Source: Puccinia triticina
Lineage: Eukaryota
Reading direction: 5' to 3'
Assembly: GCA_026914245.1 (NCBI GenBank)
Contig: CP110439.1
Location: forward strand, 930,001 to 994,000
DNA length: 64,000 nt
Position 1 is the first letter of the stretch. The number at the start of each line of letters is the position of its first letter. Positions 49,150 through 61,300 of the stretch are shown in pieces. The notes under the pieces were generated by a model that saw only the letters and a program-made list of their open reading frames with translations, made no database searches and was not told the DNA's origin. Position numbers and translations under genes: made by a program.

Positions 49150-50265
49150 GTGCCTCAATGATGGAACTGTGTAGCCGGAATGTCAATAAAGCTTACCACA
49201 GAGATTCTCAGTCATCACCTGTGCGCAAGCACATTGAGTGTCCCATTTGGGATGTTCACTTAATGACATAGCCTGAGTTTGGCGCAGTTTTCCCTTGAGG
49301 ATGCCAAAACAGAGCTCAATTGGATTGAGCTCTGGGCAGTAAGCTGGAAGGAAGATGAGCCGGACGCCTGCCGCATTGCATATTGCCCAAACTCGATCGC
49401 TGCGGTGAATCTTTGCATTGTTGCAGACTAGAACCGAGTTGGGCGCAGGAAAGCGATTCATTTGTGCGGTCAAAGTAATCAGGAGCCTTGATGATTGAAA
49501 CTGCTGTATTGAAATTGGACTAACCAGGTCCCATTTTAAGAAATGCTCAAACTTCTGAGCGTCGAAAGTATCTTCCCGGACAGTCAGAGCCAGTAGACCA
49601 TTAATTGGAATCGCCGGGAGGATGCTGAGCCGGATAGGATTTGAACGCTGGATAAAACGAGCCGCCGGAGTTCCTTGTTTGGAGCGTGCATGCGTCCGAA
49701 GCAAGTCGCGCTCGCAAATCGCACTTTCATCTGTTGGAAATTCAAAGCTTTCAGCTCAGCACCGTGACGCCATGAAAAGGGAAGAGATAAGGGCAGGCTC
49801 ACCTGTGAAAACCAGGAATTTGGCGGGATAGAATCACATTTTCTCCACATATCTGAACTTCTTCACTAAGCATTTCTTGGAGTTGAGGGTCTCGGCCTTC
49901 TTCAAAGTTATTGATAAGTGGTTTACCAGGTTCTTGTGAACCGCACTGATGCTGAGCAGAGTCCCACTCAAGTCGTAAAGCCGCTCACGTATCTTGTCCA
50001 AGAATAGACCAGGTTCGTCGCGCACAAGCTGGACCATGAATGCTGCATCCTCGGTGGTCATTGTTCTGGGGCGACCAAGGAGCTCGTACTCCTCTGGATT
50101 GCGGATTACTGATTTAGTTTGTTGAAAGATGTGAAGCCACCGATTGAACGACTGTTTTGAGATTTGATGGCCTAGAGTTATTCGGATAAAGTCTTGTGGA
50201 TGGCCTTCGATTGACATTCTGACCGCAACTGCCTTGATTTGGGGATTGTATGGTACATAAACCAT
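49150..50265 (-). pseudogene. IS630/Tc1/mariner DDE transposase pseudogene (spliced)
   Basis: N-terminal HTH region with GRPR, then LVFT|DES, VLVCNNAKIH (D>N) and FLPAYCPELNPIE. Premature stop at 49836-49834. Confidence 0.88.
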
Positions 50266-50760
50266 TTGTGAGGTGAATTTGGATTTTGGACTGCGATGGA
50301 ATGATAGGCGGGCAAAATGGGTCGGTTGGCGGAATGAGATGCTGGGCAGAAACAACTTACAGCTTGGTGCGTTGGGAGAGTGACTTGGATCGGATGGGAT
50401 AGTTGCCAATTGGCAATTGGCGGGATTGACATTCAACATTGTGCTAAATCACATTGCATGATATTTGACAGCTCGATTTGGTTTTTGCCAAAAACAATAC
50501 CCCGTCCTATCTCATTCCAACCCCATAATCAGTGCGATAAACAAAATTTCATAAATCTCTTGGGTCCAAGCTTTCAAGGAAAAATAATATTTACTCACCC
50601 TAGGCCTAAAGATACCACCAAATGGAACTCAGAAATGGATTCTACGGCCAATTTTACCCCAGTCACCACTGGAAGCGTCACTGGAACCCCGCTGGATTGG
50701 AAGTTACACCCTCTTGGACCCTCATGGACACAGCCAGCCCCAGTCATCAACCTGGTTACC

Positions 50761-51585
50761 TGTCACACCCCCTCCAGTCGCCTTTCCCAGGTATACGCAT
50801 ACTCAGCCCCAGCCAAACATATACTCTTTTCTATCCTACTTATCTCCACTGCATATGCAGGGGACTAACCCCATTTCTTCTGCATTTGACATGTCCCCGC
50901 ATCATTTATGCACCCCTTGCAGCTGCATGCAGTCTTCTGACCCCATTTCTGCACTCTTTACATTATTCTGACACCACTCATGCACCCCTTGCATGAAAGA
51001 CCCCTGTATTTGACATTTCCCCACCTCATTTATGCACTCCTTGCATAGTATGACATCATCTTTCATTTCTCACCCCACTTTTTGCCTGCATTTTGTATCT
51101 TCTGACACCACTTGTAGGAAGCCCACCAGCTCAAATGCCCATCCAGGGTCCCCCTTGTAGCTAAAATCCCTCACATTGTTTTATATAAGGAGCTCTCTCT
51201 CCCCAGTTGTTTTTCCCTCAGCTCAGTACCCACCAGTTATACAGATATCACCCATTAGCCTTTAACAACACCCTTACATTTTATAACATACCACATCATC
51301 CCTCTTATCTGCAATAACTACTGATCTCACTCTCATATCTTCTGGTTGCATATCACACACCTGTTACAAGTTACCTGGTTCCTGGTTCAACTCCCGACTG
51401 AGACATATACCCTTCTCAGTCCAGACACTCTTCTCAACTTTTTATATCACCCTCTTAAGGACCTGTGTTCAACCCCCACCAGAAGCATTGAGTCAACTTT
51501 CACCCTTTCCATCATAATAAAGCCTCTCAACTCTCACATACCTGTCATTGAACAACTTCATCTGGAACTAGACCAGACCTATCAC
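50761..51585 (+). repeat. Probable degenerate solo LTR
   Basis: Starts TGTCAC; internal short duplications; TTATATAAG box followed by a CT-rich tract. TSD not found. Confidence 0.4.
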
Positions 51586-51662
51586 TTGATTAAAAATTGC
51601 CAAGCTTAGCTTGGTGGGTCTTGTTAGGACATGAGTATGCTTATACCCAGTCCAGTACCAGT

Positions 51663-52832
51663 CAACTGCGGCGTAAATTGTAGGAGTTTTGTCCGCAAAA
51701 CTCTTCGGTTCCAAACCAAAGAAAAACCAGGCATTCTCATTGGCTTGGAACCGAAGGAGCGCCAGAGCTGGCTTGGCTGGGTGAGCTGGGTGATCTGGCT
51801 GTGTGAGCTGTGTGAGCCGCATGCGTGAGCTGGGTGAGCTGGCGTGTGAGCTGGGTGAGCCGGGTGAGCTGGTGCATGAGCTGGGTGAGCTGGTATGTGA
51901 GCTGAATGAGCTGGTGCGTGAGCTGGGTGAGCTGGGTGAGCTGTGCGTGAGCTGCGTGAGGTGGTGCTGGAGCTGGGTGAGCTGTGTGTGAGCTGTGTGA
52001 GCTGTGTGAGCTGGGTGAGCTGTGCGTGAGCTGGCTTAGTGTATTGTATCTATATATATATATGTATCTGTATCTGTATCTGTATCTGTATCTGTATCTG
52101 TATCTGTATCTGTATCTGTACATGTATCTGTACTGTACATGTATCTTTACATGTGCATGTACTATCTGTACATGTATCTGTATACGCCTTGCCAAGGTTT
52201 TTTTAAAAAAAAACTGCCCTAACCCCTAACCCCTAACCCCTAACCCCCTACCCCCAATTATAGGGTGGGACTGGTGGGAATTGAACCCGCAACCTGCCGG
52301 GTCAACGGTTGCTGCAAAACTACTAGGCTATTGACAATTTTCACCAGGCGGCGGGTTTTGAGACTAGGTCCTGCCTGCAAATTGACCCAGCTCTGTTAAG
52401 ATAGTCTAGGCTTAGTCTCTTTTGTTTTCTTTTCTGTGCTACACACATGTTTCTTTCATTTCACACACATTTCACCTGATGTATGTAGTGTACCTGAGAC
52501 CGCGGGCGTGGAAGGCTCCTTTTCTCATCCTTCCACACTCCACGCTCACTCACCTCACCTTGTGCCCGTTGCTCTCAGGTACAGTAGTTTCTTTCTCTCA
52601 CTTCTCATCTTTTCCTTTGTTTCTCTTTTCTCTTCTGTTTGTGTGTAATGAAAACATCCTTCCACACTCCACGCTCACTCACCTCACCTCGTGCCCGTTG
52701 CTCTCAGGCCTAGTTCATCTTATCAAGCTCATCCTCAGCTCATCCAGCTCTGCCTGGCCTATGGTTCCAAGCCAAAGAGATGGCCCCCAGTTTCTATGGT
52801 TTGGAACCAAAGAAATTTAGGTGCCACAGGTG
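51663..52832. mobile_element. TIR-bounded non-autonomous element carrying minisatellites, telomere-like repeats and a tRNA-like segment
   Basis: Inverted ends CA(A/C)CTG(C/T)GGC...GGTTCCAAACC...GGCTTGGAACC...CAGAGCTGG. Interior has (GCTGGGTGA)n at about 51772-52033, (TATCTG)n at about 52064-52120 and (CCCCTAA)n at 52217-52250. Confidence 0.7.
52267..52337 (-). pseudogene. tRNA-like segment (Pol III A/B boxes)
   Basis: Minus strand reads TAGCCTAGTAG ... GCGGGTTCAATTCCCAC. The acceptor stem does not pair and the anticodon is unassignable. Confidence 0.55.
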
Positions 52833-53003
52833 AATTGTAGATAGTATATATAGTGTTTCCTGTCTCTCATTCTAGCAATGATATCATGCCTGCACAACCA
52901 TATCACAACAGGTCTTGTTATCTGATAGAAGAAGGGCAGAGTTTTGCACCTCCATCATCCCCTTCACCATTCAGCAAAAGGGTTTCACAACCACTTTTGA
53001 GTC

Positions 53004-53636
53004 TAGGGATGGCCACTCGCACCCGGGTACCTGCCGCAGGTGCGGGTACTACCCTGGAATTTCACTCATGTCAGATACCCGCACCCGCACCCGCACCCGC
53101 ACCCGCACCTGCCAAGGCGGGTACCCGGGTGCCAAGTGCCAGGTACCCGGGTGCAGGTGGCGGGTTATGCGAACAACGGACCTGTGACAAGTCTGAAACA
53201 GTTTCACAGGACCCCTGTCCGTTTGCACGCAAACAGACAGGACAAAACATCGACTCCGTCCTGTCCATTTGCACGCAAACAGACAGGACAAAACATCGGC
53301 GTCCTGTCCGTTTGCACGCAAACGGACATGACAAAACATCGGCCCTGTCCTGTCCGTTTGCACGCAAACGGACAGGACAAATCATCGGCGTCCTGTCCAT
53401 TTGCAAGCAAACGGACAGGACAAAATATCGGCTCTGTCCAAACGGACAGGACAAATCATCGGCGTCCTGTCCGTTTGCACGCAAACGGACAGGACAAAAC
53501 AGCACCCGGGTGCGGGTACTACCCTGGAATTTCACTCATGTCAGATACCCGCACCCGCACCCGGCACCCGCCAGCGGGTACTAGGCACGTGAACGGGTAC
53601 CCGCCAACGGGTGCCGGGTACCCATGGCCATCCCTA
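53004..53636. mobile_element. hAT-type MITE with internal ~43-bp hairpin array
   Basis: TIR TAGGGATGGCCA; 8-bp TSD TTTGAGTC (52996-53003, 53637-53644). Internal unit GTCCTGTCCGTTTGC-AC-GCAAACGGACAGGAC-AAAACATCGGC. Confidence 0.93.
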
Positions 53637-53669
53637 TTTGAGTCTTATAACGTGACCTCTAGATTCAAT

Positions 53670-53925
53670 TGACTAGGAGCAGGACAATCAGGTTACGGAC
53701 TCCAAAAATGAGTCAAGCAAGTCCAGCTTTGGAGGAAAACCAACTATGAAGGTGCCTAAATTCACTGGCAAGAACTTCAAAATTTGGGAAAAGAAAATCT
53801 GAATGGTACTTGTGAAGTACCACCTTGAACGCTTCATCAACAAACCTCCCCTGCCCAACATGACACAAAGAAGCAAGAAAAAAGTGCACAAGGCGGCTAA
53901 CCTACTTTGCAATAGTATACACCAC
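53670..53925 (+). pseudogene. Copia gag 5' fragment related to the 56.3 kb element
   Basis: GGKPTMKVPKFTGKNFKIWEKKI*MVL aligns with GGRPMMKVPKFSGENFEIWEKKIRMVL. Confidence 0.8.
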
Positions 53926-54728
53926 ACAATTTTTGGACCATAGAAGCTTAATCAACCAACTTCAAGTCACTAGATTGGTGAGATGGTTCAAAATATTCAC
54001 CAGGGGGGAAATTGTTGCACTTCCTACAGAGTGCCACACTGTAATTCCATCAGACTCAGGTACTGATGTGATGCTAGAGTTGACCATAACTCTTGTGTAA
54101 CTTTCCACAGTATTGCAAAGTTAACTGTAGCCTAATCTATGATCAACTGCTCTGCTGATCCAATATTCAATTAGTTATCAGTTGAAGGGGACCCAGCCTT
54201 TAAGACATGAGAATGGCCATTTCTAAGCATTGATAAGATCAATTCTGGGCCAACTTGTGTAAGAGACACTTCTTCTTGATTTGTGATTGAACCAGCAGAT
54301 ACACACAAACTCCTCTGCCAAAGTAATCCCAGAATTCAGAATTAGGCAAAGTTGTGGATGAATCCATTTTGCGTTTATTAATCATGTGGCTCTGTTGTTG
54401 GTTGGTTTAAATCATTGCCCATATTGGAGGGCTTATTCTCACATCTCACTTAAGCTTTGAAATTCTTACTTTTAGTTAGAAGTCTGCAGATGCAGGCAGC
54501 TATTCCACCACAAACTGATTCTTAAAAGACTATGTACGCCTCCAATGTGTGAAAATCTGTGACTCTGCTGTAGGCAGGCGGCCCTGACAAACTTAATGAA
54601 AACATTATTTGCCAAGTTGTTGAGTTGTCTGTTAGTCTGCTACCATGATGTATCACCACAGTTTGGAGGGCTGTTGGATCAACCCATGAGCACTACCAAA
54701 CAACCAACCAGCTGGCAGCCACAAGCGT

Positions 54729-55381
54729 TGTGGTGGTCAAAATGGTAGTCAGCTTCAGGTTCAATCTTCAAGATCAGCCCTCAAGATCCAACCCTCAAGA
54801 TTCTCTCAGACCCTCTTTCTCCCTTTTCCCCACTCTCCTCTAATTCTCACTTCCCATCCCTTCTCCTTTTCATCTTTTATCTTTCTTGGTCCTAACACAG
54901 AATATACTGTGGGTTTATTTGAGATTTGTGGTTTTCTCTCCTTCTCCTCTTCTTCCCCCTCTCTGCTATTTTTTCTTCTTCCTCATTTCTTAGATTGTTG
55001 GTCTGTTTGGTTCTTGGTCATCTCCTTTTTTTTATTTCTGTTTCCTTTCCTTGTGTTGTTTTCTCTCCTCTCTTTCTGTTGTCTGCGGTGGGTGCACGCA
55101 TGGCGCGCGAGGAGATGATGACATGTCTGTGACAGGCCTCCAGGAATCCAAGTTCCAGGAAAACTTGGAGGATGGGAGGCCATAGCACCTGTTCTGATCC
55201 AAGTCAGGGGTTGTCAAGAATATAATTTTTTTTTCTGAGTCCAATTATCAAGAGTCCCTTCCAAGAGTCCAATCCCCCATCAAGAATCTTTTCCCAACAA
55301 AACCAAACCGCCGCCAAGGATCTAAACCCCAGCAAACTCTCAAAACCACCCCACCACAAGCTATCACTCAAATACCTTACA
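54729..55381 (+). mobile_element. LTR related to 45738-46320
   Basis: TGTGGTG..CAAAATGGTA start, ACATGTCTGTGACA core, CCTTACA end. No matching TSD. Confidence 0.65.
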
Positions 55382-55472
55382 ACTCTTTTCCAGAACATCC
55401 GTGAGGGCGGTCACACAACACTCTTTCCCCTCCCAGCGCTGCCGCCGGCCTAGCACCAAGCGGAGCTCCATA

Positions 55473-55558
55473 GCGTCTGTAGCCTAGTTGGTAAAGGCAG
55501 CACTTTAGTATGTGTCTCAGCATAGCTGAGGTTGTGAGTTTGACTCTCACCAGACACA
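55473..55558 (+). pseudogene. tRNA-derived pseudogene or SINE-like head (possibly Thr-AGT with an intron)
   Basis: Acceptor GCGTCTG/CAGACAC, D arm GCCT-AGTTGGTAA-AGGC, T arm GTGAG-TTTGACT-CTCAC (TTCGA mutated to TTTGA). The anticodon arm is degenerate. Confidence 0.65.
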
Positions 55559-55632
55559 TCTTCATTTTACAGTCTCTACACTGTTGATATTCATGTGACA
55601 TCCCTCTACAGTGACCCCGCCATGTAAGCATA

Positions 55633-58600
55633 GCCACGCACGCGAGCAGGAAGATTAAGGTTGCGGAAAATCTCAGCAACAAGTCTCTCACAGATCGAAT
55701 AACCACAGCAAGCGCCAAAGGTAAGCGGCTGGGTCTGGATTTGTCAAGTTGATCTGAATGAAAGCTAATGCTGCATTCAAAACTACCAGACGTCGTTAAC
55801 CAAAAGGATAACTCGGACGGAGCCGATTCCAAGCAAATCACTGGTAACCAAATTGGTAAGCACTCAGTGCTAGACAAAAGCTTATGGCAGAAACAAAATG
55901 CAAAAGACTTACGAGCTGTTTGTCAAAGCAGACAATGTTGCCGTACTGTTACGCTGTTTCCAAAAGTGAACTGGAGAAAGAGAGCGGAACGCTCTACTCA
56001 AGTAAGAACCTAAAAGGTTTCAAGAGGAAGAAAGCCAAGAGTACTGACGGATATAATCAGGTGTTCTCAGATCTATTGAGCAACTCAAATTCTCTATTGA
56101 GAAGGAAAAAGACCGCCTTGGGTTCTCACTTCCTCAACTCAAACTCCTCACTTAAGTAGAAAGCAGCTTGTCGCTTGCTCTTAGGTAAAACACATTTCCA
56201 AGTCTTTTCCAGTTTTCAATAAGAGATTGTAGTTAGATTAAAAATAGATATCTGACGGCAATCATAAATCTTAGTTTCCTGAATTCTTTCAGATTTACAG
56301 TCTCGAAGCTAAACCACTACCTCAAAATCACGAGACTAGGAGCAAGAAGAAAACATGGCCAATATTGACGAAAGTGGGTCAAGCGATTCTAGCGCTGGAG
56401 GAAGACCTATGATGAAGGTGCCCAAGTTCAGCGGAGAAAACTTCGAAATTTGGGAAAAGAAAATTCGAATGGTTCTTTCCAAATACAATCTCGAATGTTT
56501 CATCGATGATCCACCTCTTCCCAAAATGTCAGCCAGAGCCAAACGGAAAGCCCAGATAGCAGCAAATCTGCTATGCGCGAATCTCACCAATGGGGTGTTC
56601 AACACTATTGTCAAGAAAAACAACTGTAACAACCCGTACGAACTCTGGAATATGTTTAAATCTGTATACGCCTCTGATTTGATACTGGCGAGCTACGAGG
56701 TGTGGGCGAAATGGGAAGACACACAATTTAATGACAACATGGCAACCTACATAGTAGGAATTGAGGAATGCCTAGCCAAGTTTGAATCTCTTGGAATGAT
56801 CGTCCCCGACTTCGTTATCTGTTGCAGCATTATCAGTCGAATCACTAAGAAGCAACCGTTTCTTATGCAAAGTCTATTTGGTGACCTGAACTCTCTAGGA
56901 AAACCAAAATTCTTAATTAATTGACTGCGCGAAGTTGGTTGATTTGAAGCTTCAAACAAGAGAAAAGCACCAACCGAAGGAAGCTCCGGAGGTGGAACCA
57001 CCACTGCACTAATCACCAACGTGCCGAACAAGAAGAAAAAGCCGTACAACCCGATAAGATGTTACGACAACAAGCACAATCCAGCGTCTAATCACACTGC
57101 GGAGAATTGCTGGACGGTAAATCCAAAGCTCTATCAGGAACATCTAGAGAAGCAGAAGGAAAAGAAGGAAAAAGAAAAAGGATCCTCCTACCACACAACG
57201 ATCCAGCAGTCCAACAGTGGATCACAAAGTGGTATTAGACCCTCCTTCAGCTATCTGTTGAGCGCGGATGTTGGCAAACGGCAAACAACCATCCTGGACT
57301 CAGGAGCCAGCAATTGTATGCTGAACTCCTTAGGCTATTTTCGACGAACGAGTCCGGTAAACATTGGAATTGTCACAGGCAGTGGGGCAGGAGAAATAGT
57401 AGCAACGGCGAGAGGCGATGCTGTGTTACTGCTCAAGAATGGAGGGACGCTCACCCTTAAGGATGCTCTCTTCGTACCAAAACTCACTAGAAATCTGGTC
57501 TCTTTTGTACAGCTGCTGAAAACTAAAGCGCTTATTTAGGAAGGAGCGGATGGCTTCGCAGTAAAAATAGATGACGGGAAACCTTTTGCGGTCGATGTCA
57601 GCAACGACCTGCTGGAGATCAAGGGAGTCTTGGATCCAGTAAATCTTGAGGTTAGCTTGCTAGCTGAAACATCGGTTGTGTCATCCGACTTTGTGAAGTG
57701 GCACAACAGGCTTGGACATGCCTGTGCTCAACGAATTGCAACAGCCCTACCGATACCCTTAGATCTGAAGAAAACCGGCGCCTGTGGAGCATGTATGCAA
57801 GGAAAAATCACTAGACCACCTTGCAACAGCCACTTCAAAAATGTCAACGATGCGCTAGAAGTGGTACATGGAGATCTTGTTGGCCCTATTTCGCCGGCCA
57901 CAAACAGAGGTGCTAGATATTTTCTCACTCTTGTTGATCAGCACACGGGCTACATACACTCGGTAATCCTCAAAGAAAAGAACCAAGCGGCTGCGGCTAT
58001 TCAAGACTTCATACGGCTTTTTGAAAATCAAACCGGAAAAAGGCTGAAGAAACTCGTCACTGACGGTGGTGGCGAATTCTGCAACAAGGCTCTTGGTACA
58101 TTGCTCAAGGACGCGGGAATCCAGCACAACGTAGCGCCCCCGTACACTCCGCAGAATAATGGACTGGCGGAGCGAGCTAATCGTACCATTATCGATATGA
58201 CTCGTTGCATGCTGATGCAGGCTAATCTGGCCCCCGAGTGGTGGGGTGAAGCCGTAAGAACGGCAACTGCGACAACTAATTGCCTGCCTTCGTTGGCGAA
58301 AAGCAAGAAGAGCCCGGTCAAACTATTGTTCAAGATAACCCCAAACATGCATTTCTTTCGTCCCTTTGGCTGTCGCGTATGGGTAGTCAAACCAAAGGCA
58401 AATCACACGGATAAGTTTGGGCCTATCTCGTGGGAAGGGGTGCTTCTGGGCTACGAGAATGATTACTTTTCATACAAGATTTGCCGTTTAGAAGATCGAC
58501 AAGTGATTACGGCGAAGCATGCTCACTTTGATGAGAGCACCTTCCCGCAATTAGGAGCGCTCTGTCGAAGTCAAAACAGCCTGAGTGGTGATCGTCTTCC

Positions 58601-61300
58601 GAATTTCAATGCTGAGGCCGAACTTCCATTTCAGGAAGAAAAAACTCTCTTGGATGGCGGCGAAGCGATGACGCAGGAGGATGATCAAGATGAAATTCTT
58701 GAAATTGAAGGAATACTGGATCAAATCAAGGCGACTAGCTCGGGCAGGGATGCGCAAGAACCTGAATCAGCCGGTGAAGAATCTCCAATTGCTGGAAAGG
58801 CGATCATAGGAGGTATTGACGTGCGAAACATTGTTGATGGGAAGCGTGAAAGGAAGCAAGCATTTACGGTAACAGTCTCAATAGAACCAAAAACTCACAA
58901 ACAAGCAATGGCTTGTTCCGAAAGCAAAAGTTGGAAGGCAGCAGAGCTCAAGGAAATTGACAACATGAACAAGCACAACGTCTGGACGATTTGAGTGCGG
59001 GTAGAGAGTGACGATCCAATTCCGGCGACTTGGGCGTACAGGAAGAAGCTTGGCTCTGAAAACCAAGTAGTGGAGTTCAAAGCGCGCATTTGTGCGCAAG
59101 GTTTTCGTCAAACGCATGGCCTTAATTTTGAAGCCAAGTACGCACCAACCGGTAAACCAGCATCCTTGTGATTTCTTCTCTCGTTTGCGGTCAACAACGG
59201 GCTCAAGATCCATCAACTAGATGTGAGGAGTGCCTTCTTGACCTGTCCACTCAAGGACAAGGTTACTCTTCTTCCTCCTCCTGGCCTCGACTGTCCGCCC
59301 AATTTGGTGTTGGACTTGAACAAAGCCATATACGGCCTGAAACAGGCTCCGCTGGTTTGGTACAAGCGGCTTTCGTCATATCTAAACAAGCTTGGTTTCC
59401 AAACGGCAATATCTGACCCTTGTGTATTCTGGCGAACTGACTCGGTTGGGAAGCCCGCTACGTGGATTTTTGCTCATGTTGACGACTTAGTTATTATCAG
59501 TGATAAGCCGGAGGTGTTCAAGGAAGAAATGGAGCGCGAGTTCAAAATCAAATACATGGGACAGGCGGAATTTCTGCTGGGTATGAACATCGAGCGCTTC
59601 GGGGACGGTCTCCAGATTAATCAAACTCAATACATTGATTGAAAGTTGAATGAATTCCACCTGCAAGATTTACATCCGGCCTCATGTCCGCTCAATCCTT
59701 GGGAGCATTTGAAAAAAGCATCACAAGCGGAAATTAAAGAATTTCAATCTCTGGGAGTCAATTACAGGGCTCTCGTAGGCTCTCTGAATTATCTTAGCAT
59801 TCTGACAAGGCCCGACATTGCCTTCGCGGTCAGTACACTATCTCAATATCTAGAGACGCCTGGCATCAAGCAGTACCAAGCGGCGATTCAAGTATTCCGA
59901 TATTTGAAGGGAACCAAGGAAATCGGCCTAACTTATCGCAAACAAGAAACACTCAGGGTACAAGCATTCGTTGATTCAGATTGGGGCAACTGTCTAGATA
60001 CAAGACGATCCACGACTGGGTACGTGGTGCAAGTTGGTCAACATTTAATCAACTGGAAATCGACCAAACAATCCACTGTTTCTCTCTCGACAACTAAAGC
60101 AGAATACAAAGCCTTCTCAGACTTAGGGAGGGATCTGGCGTGGGTGGCTAATCTTGCGGACAAAACTGAAATCTTTCCAAACTTGAGGAACATCTTGGTC
60201 TTCATCGACAATTGGGGTGCAATTGACCTAGCCAAAAGTGAAACCTCACAGAAAGGCTTCAGGACAAAGCATATGTCCATTAGATTGCATTTTGTGCGCA
60301 AGCTCATTGCGGTTGGACTGATCACAATTCACTACATCAGAACAACAGAAAACTCCGCGGACTTCCTGACCAAGCCAACCAGGCGAACAATCATTCGAAA
60401 ATCCTTGGCCAAGCTGTCCGTGGTCCAAGTCTCAACGGTTGCTTCGCATCTTTCGACTCGAAGCACGGGAGGCTGTGAAGATACACGCCTAAGTGAACGA
60501 CCTCAGTCTCATAAATTGAGAAAGAGGTCGGGAGCCCAATCAGCTGCGGAGATAGGTGAGCAAAGCAAACCCTGAACCGCAGTCCAAAACCGCTGCAGCG
60601 GGGCAGAAAAGACTGACCACATCTCTTGGATGTGAACAGGTGCCACGCACGCGAGCAGGAAGATTAAGGTTGCGGAAAATCTCAGCAACAAGTCTCTCAC
60701 AGATCGAATAACCACAGCAAGCGCCAAAGGTAAGCGGCTGGGTCTGAATTTGTCGAGTTGATCTGAATGAAAGCTAATGCTGCATTCGAAACTACCAGAC
60801 GTTGTTAACCAAAAGGATAACTCGGACGGAGCCGATTCCAAGCAAATCGCTGGTAACCAAATCGGTAAGCACTCAGTGCTAGACAAAAGCTTATGGCAGA
60901 AACAAAAGGCAAAAGACTTACGAGCTGTTTGTTAAAGCAGACAACGTTGCAGTACTGTTACGCCGTTTCTGAAAGTGAACTGGAGAAAGAGAGTGGAACG
61001 CTCTACTCAAGTAAGAACCTAAAAGGTTTCAAGAGGAAGAAAGCCGAGAGTACTGACGGATATAATCTGGTGTTCTCAGATCTATCGAGCAACTCAAATT
61101 CTCTATTTAGAAGGAAAAAGACCGCCTCGGGTTCTCACTTCCTCAACTCAAACTCCTCACTTAAGTAGAAAGCGGCTTGTCGCTTGCTCTTAGGTAAAAC
61201 ACATTTCCAAGTCTTTTCCAGTTTTCAATAAGAGATTGTAGTTAGATTAAAAATAGATATCTAACGGCAATCATAAATCTTAGTTTCCTGAATTCTTTCA
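55633..61300 (+). mobile_element. Ty1/Copia LTR retrotransposon with a truncated 5' LTR
   Basis: 3' LTR 60474-61300 (TG...CA) follows the purine tract GGGAGGC. The 5' LTR copy, 55633-56291, lacks about the first 168 bp. Order is gag-PR-IN-RT-RH. Confidence 0.95.
56355..60575 (+). pseudogene. Copia polyprotein in a single frame with six nonsense stops
   Basis: Motifs LDSGAS, WHNRLGH, HGDLVGP, TDGGGEF, NGLAER, AIYGLKQA, HVDD, VDSDWG, ADFLTK. Stops at 56922, 56940, 57537, 58992, 59169 and 59640; no frameshift. Confidence 0.93.

Noticed and set aside
52217..52250. Chromosome end or telomere fusion
   Set aside because: Only about four units, mostly CCCCTAA, and embedded within a TIR element.
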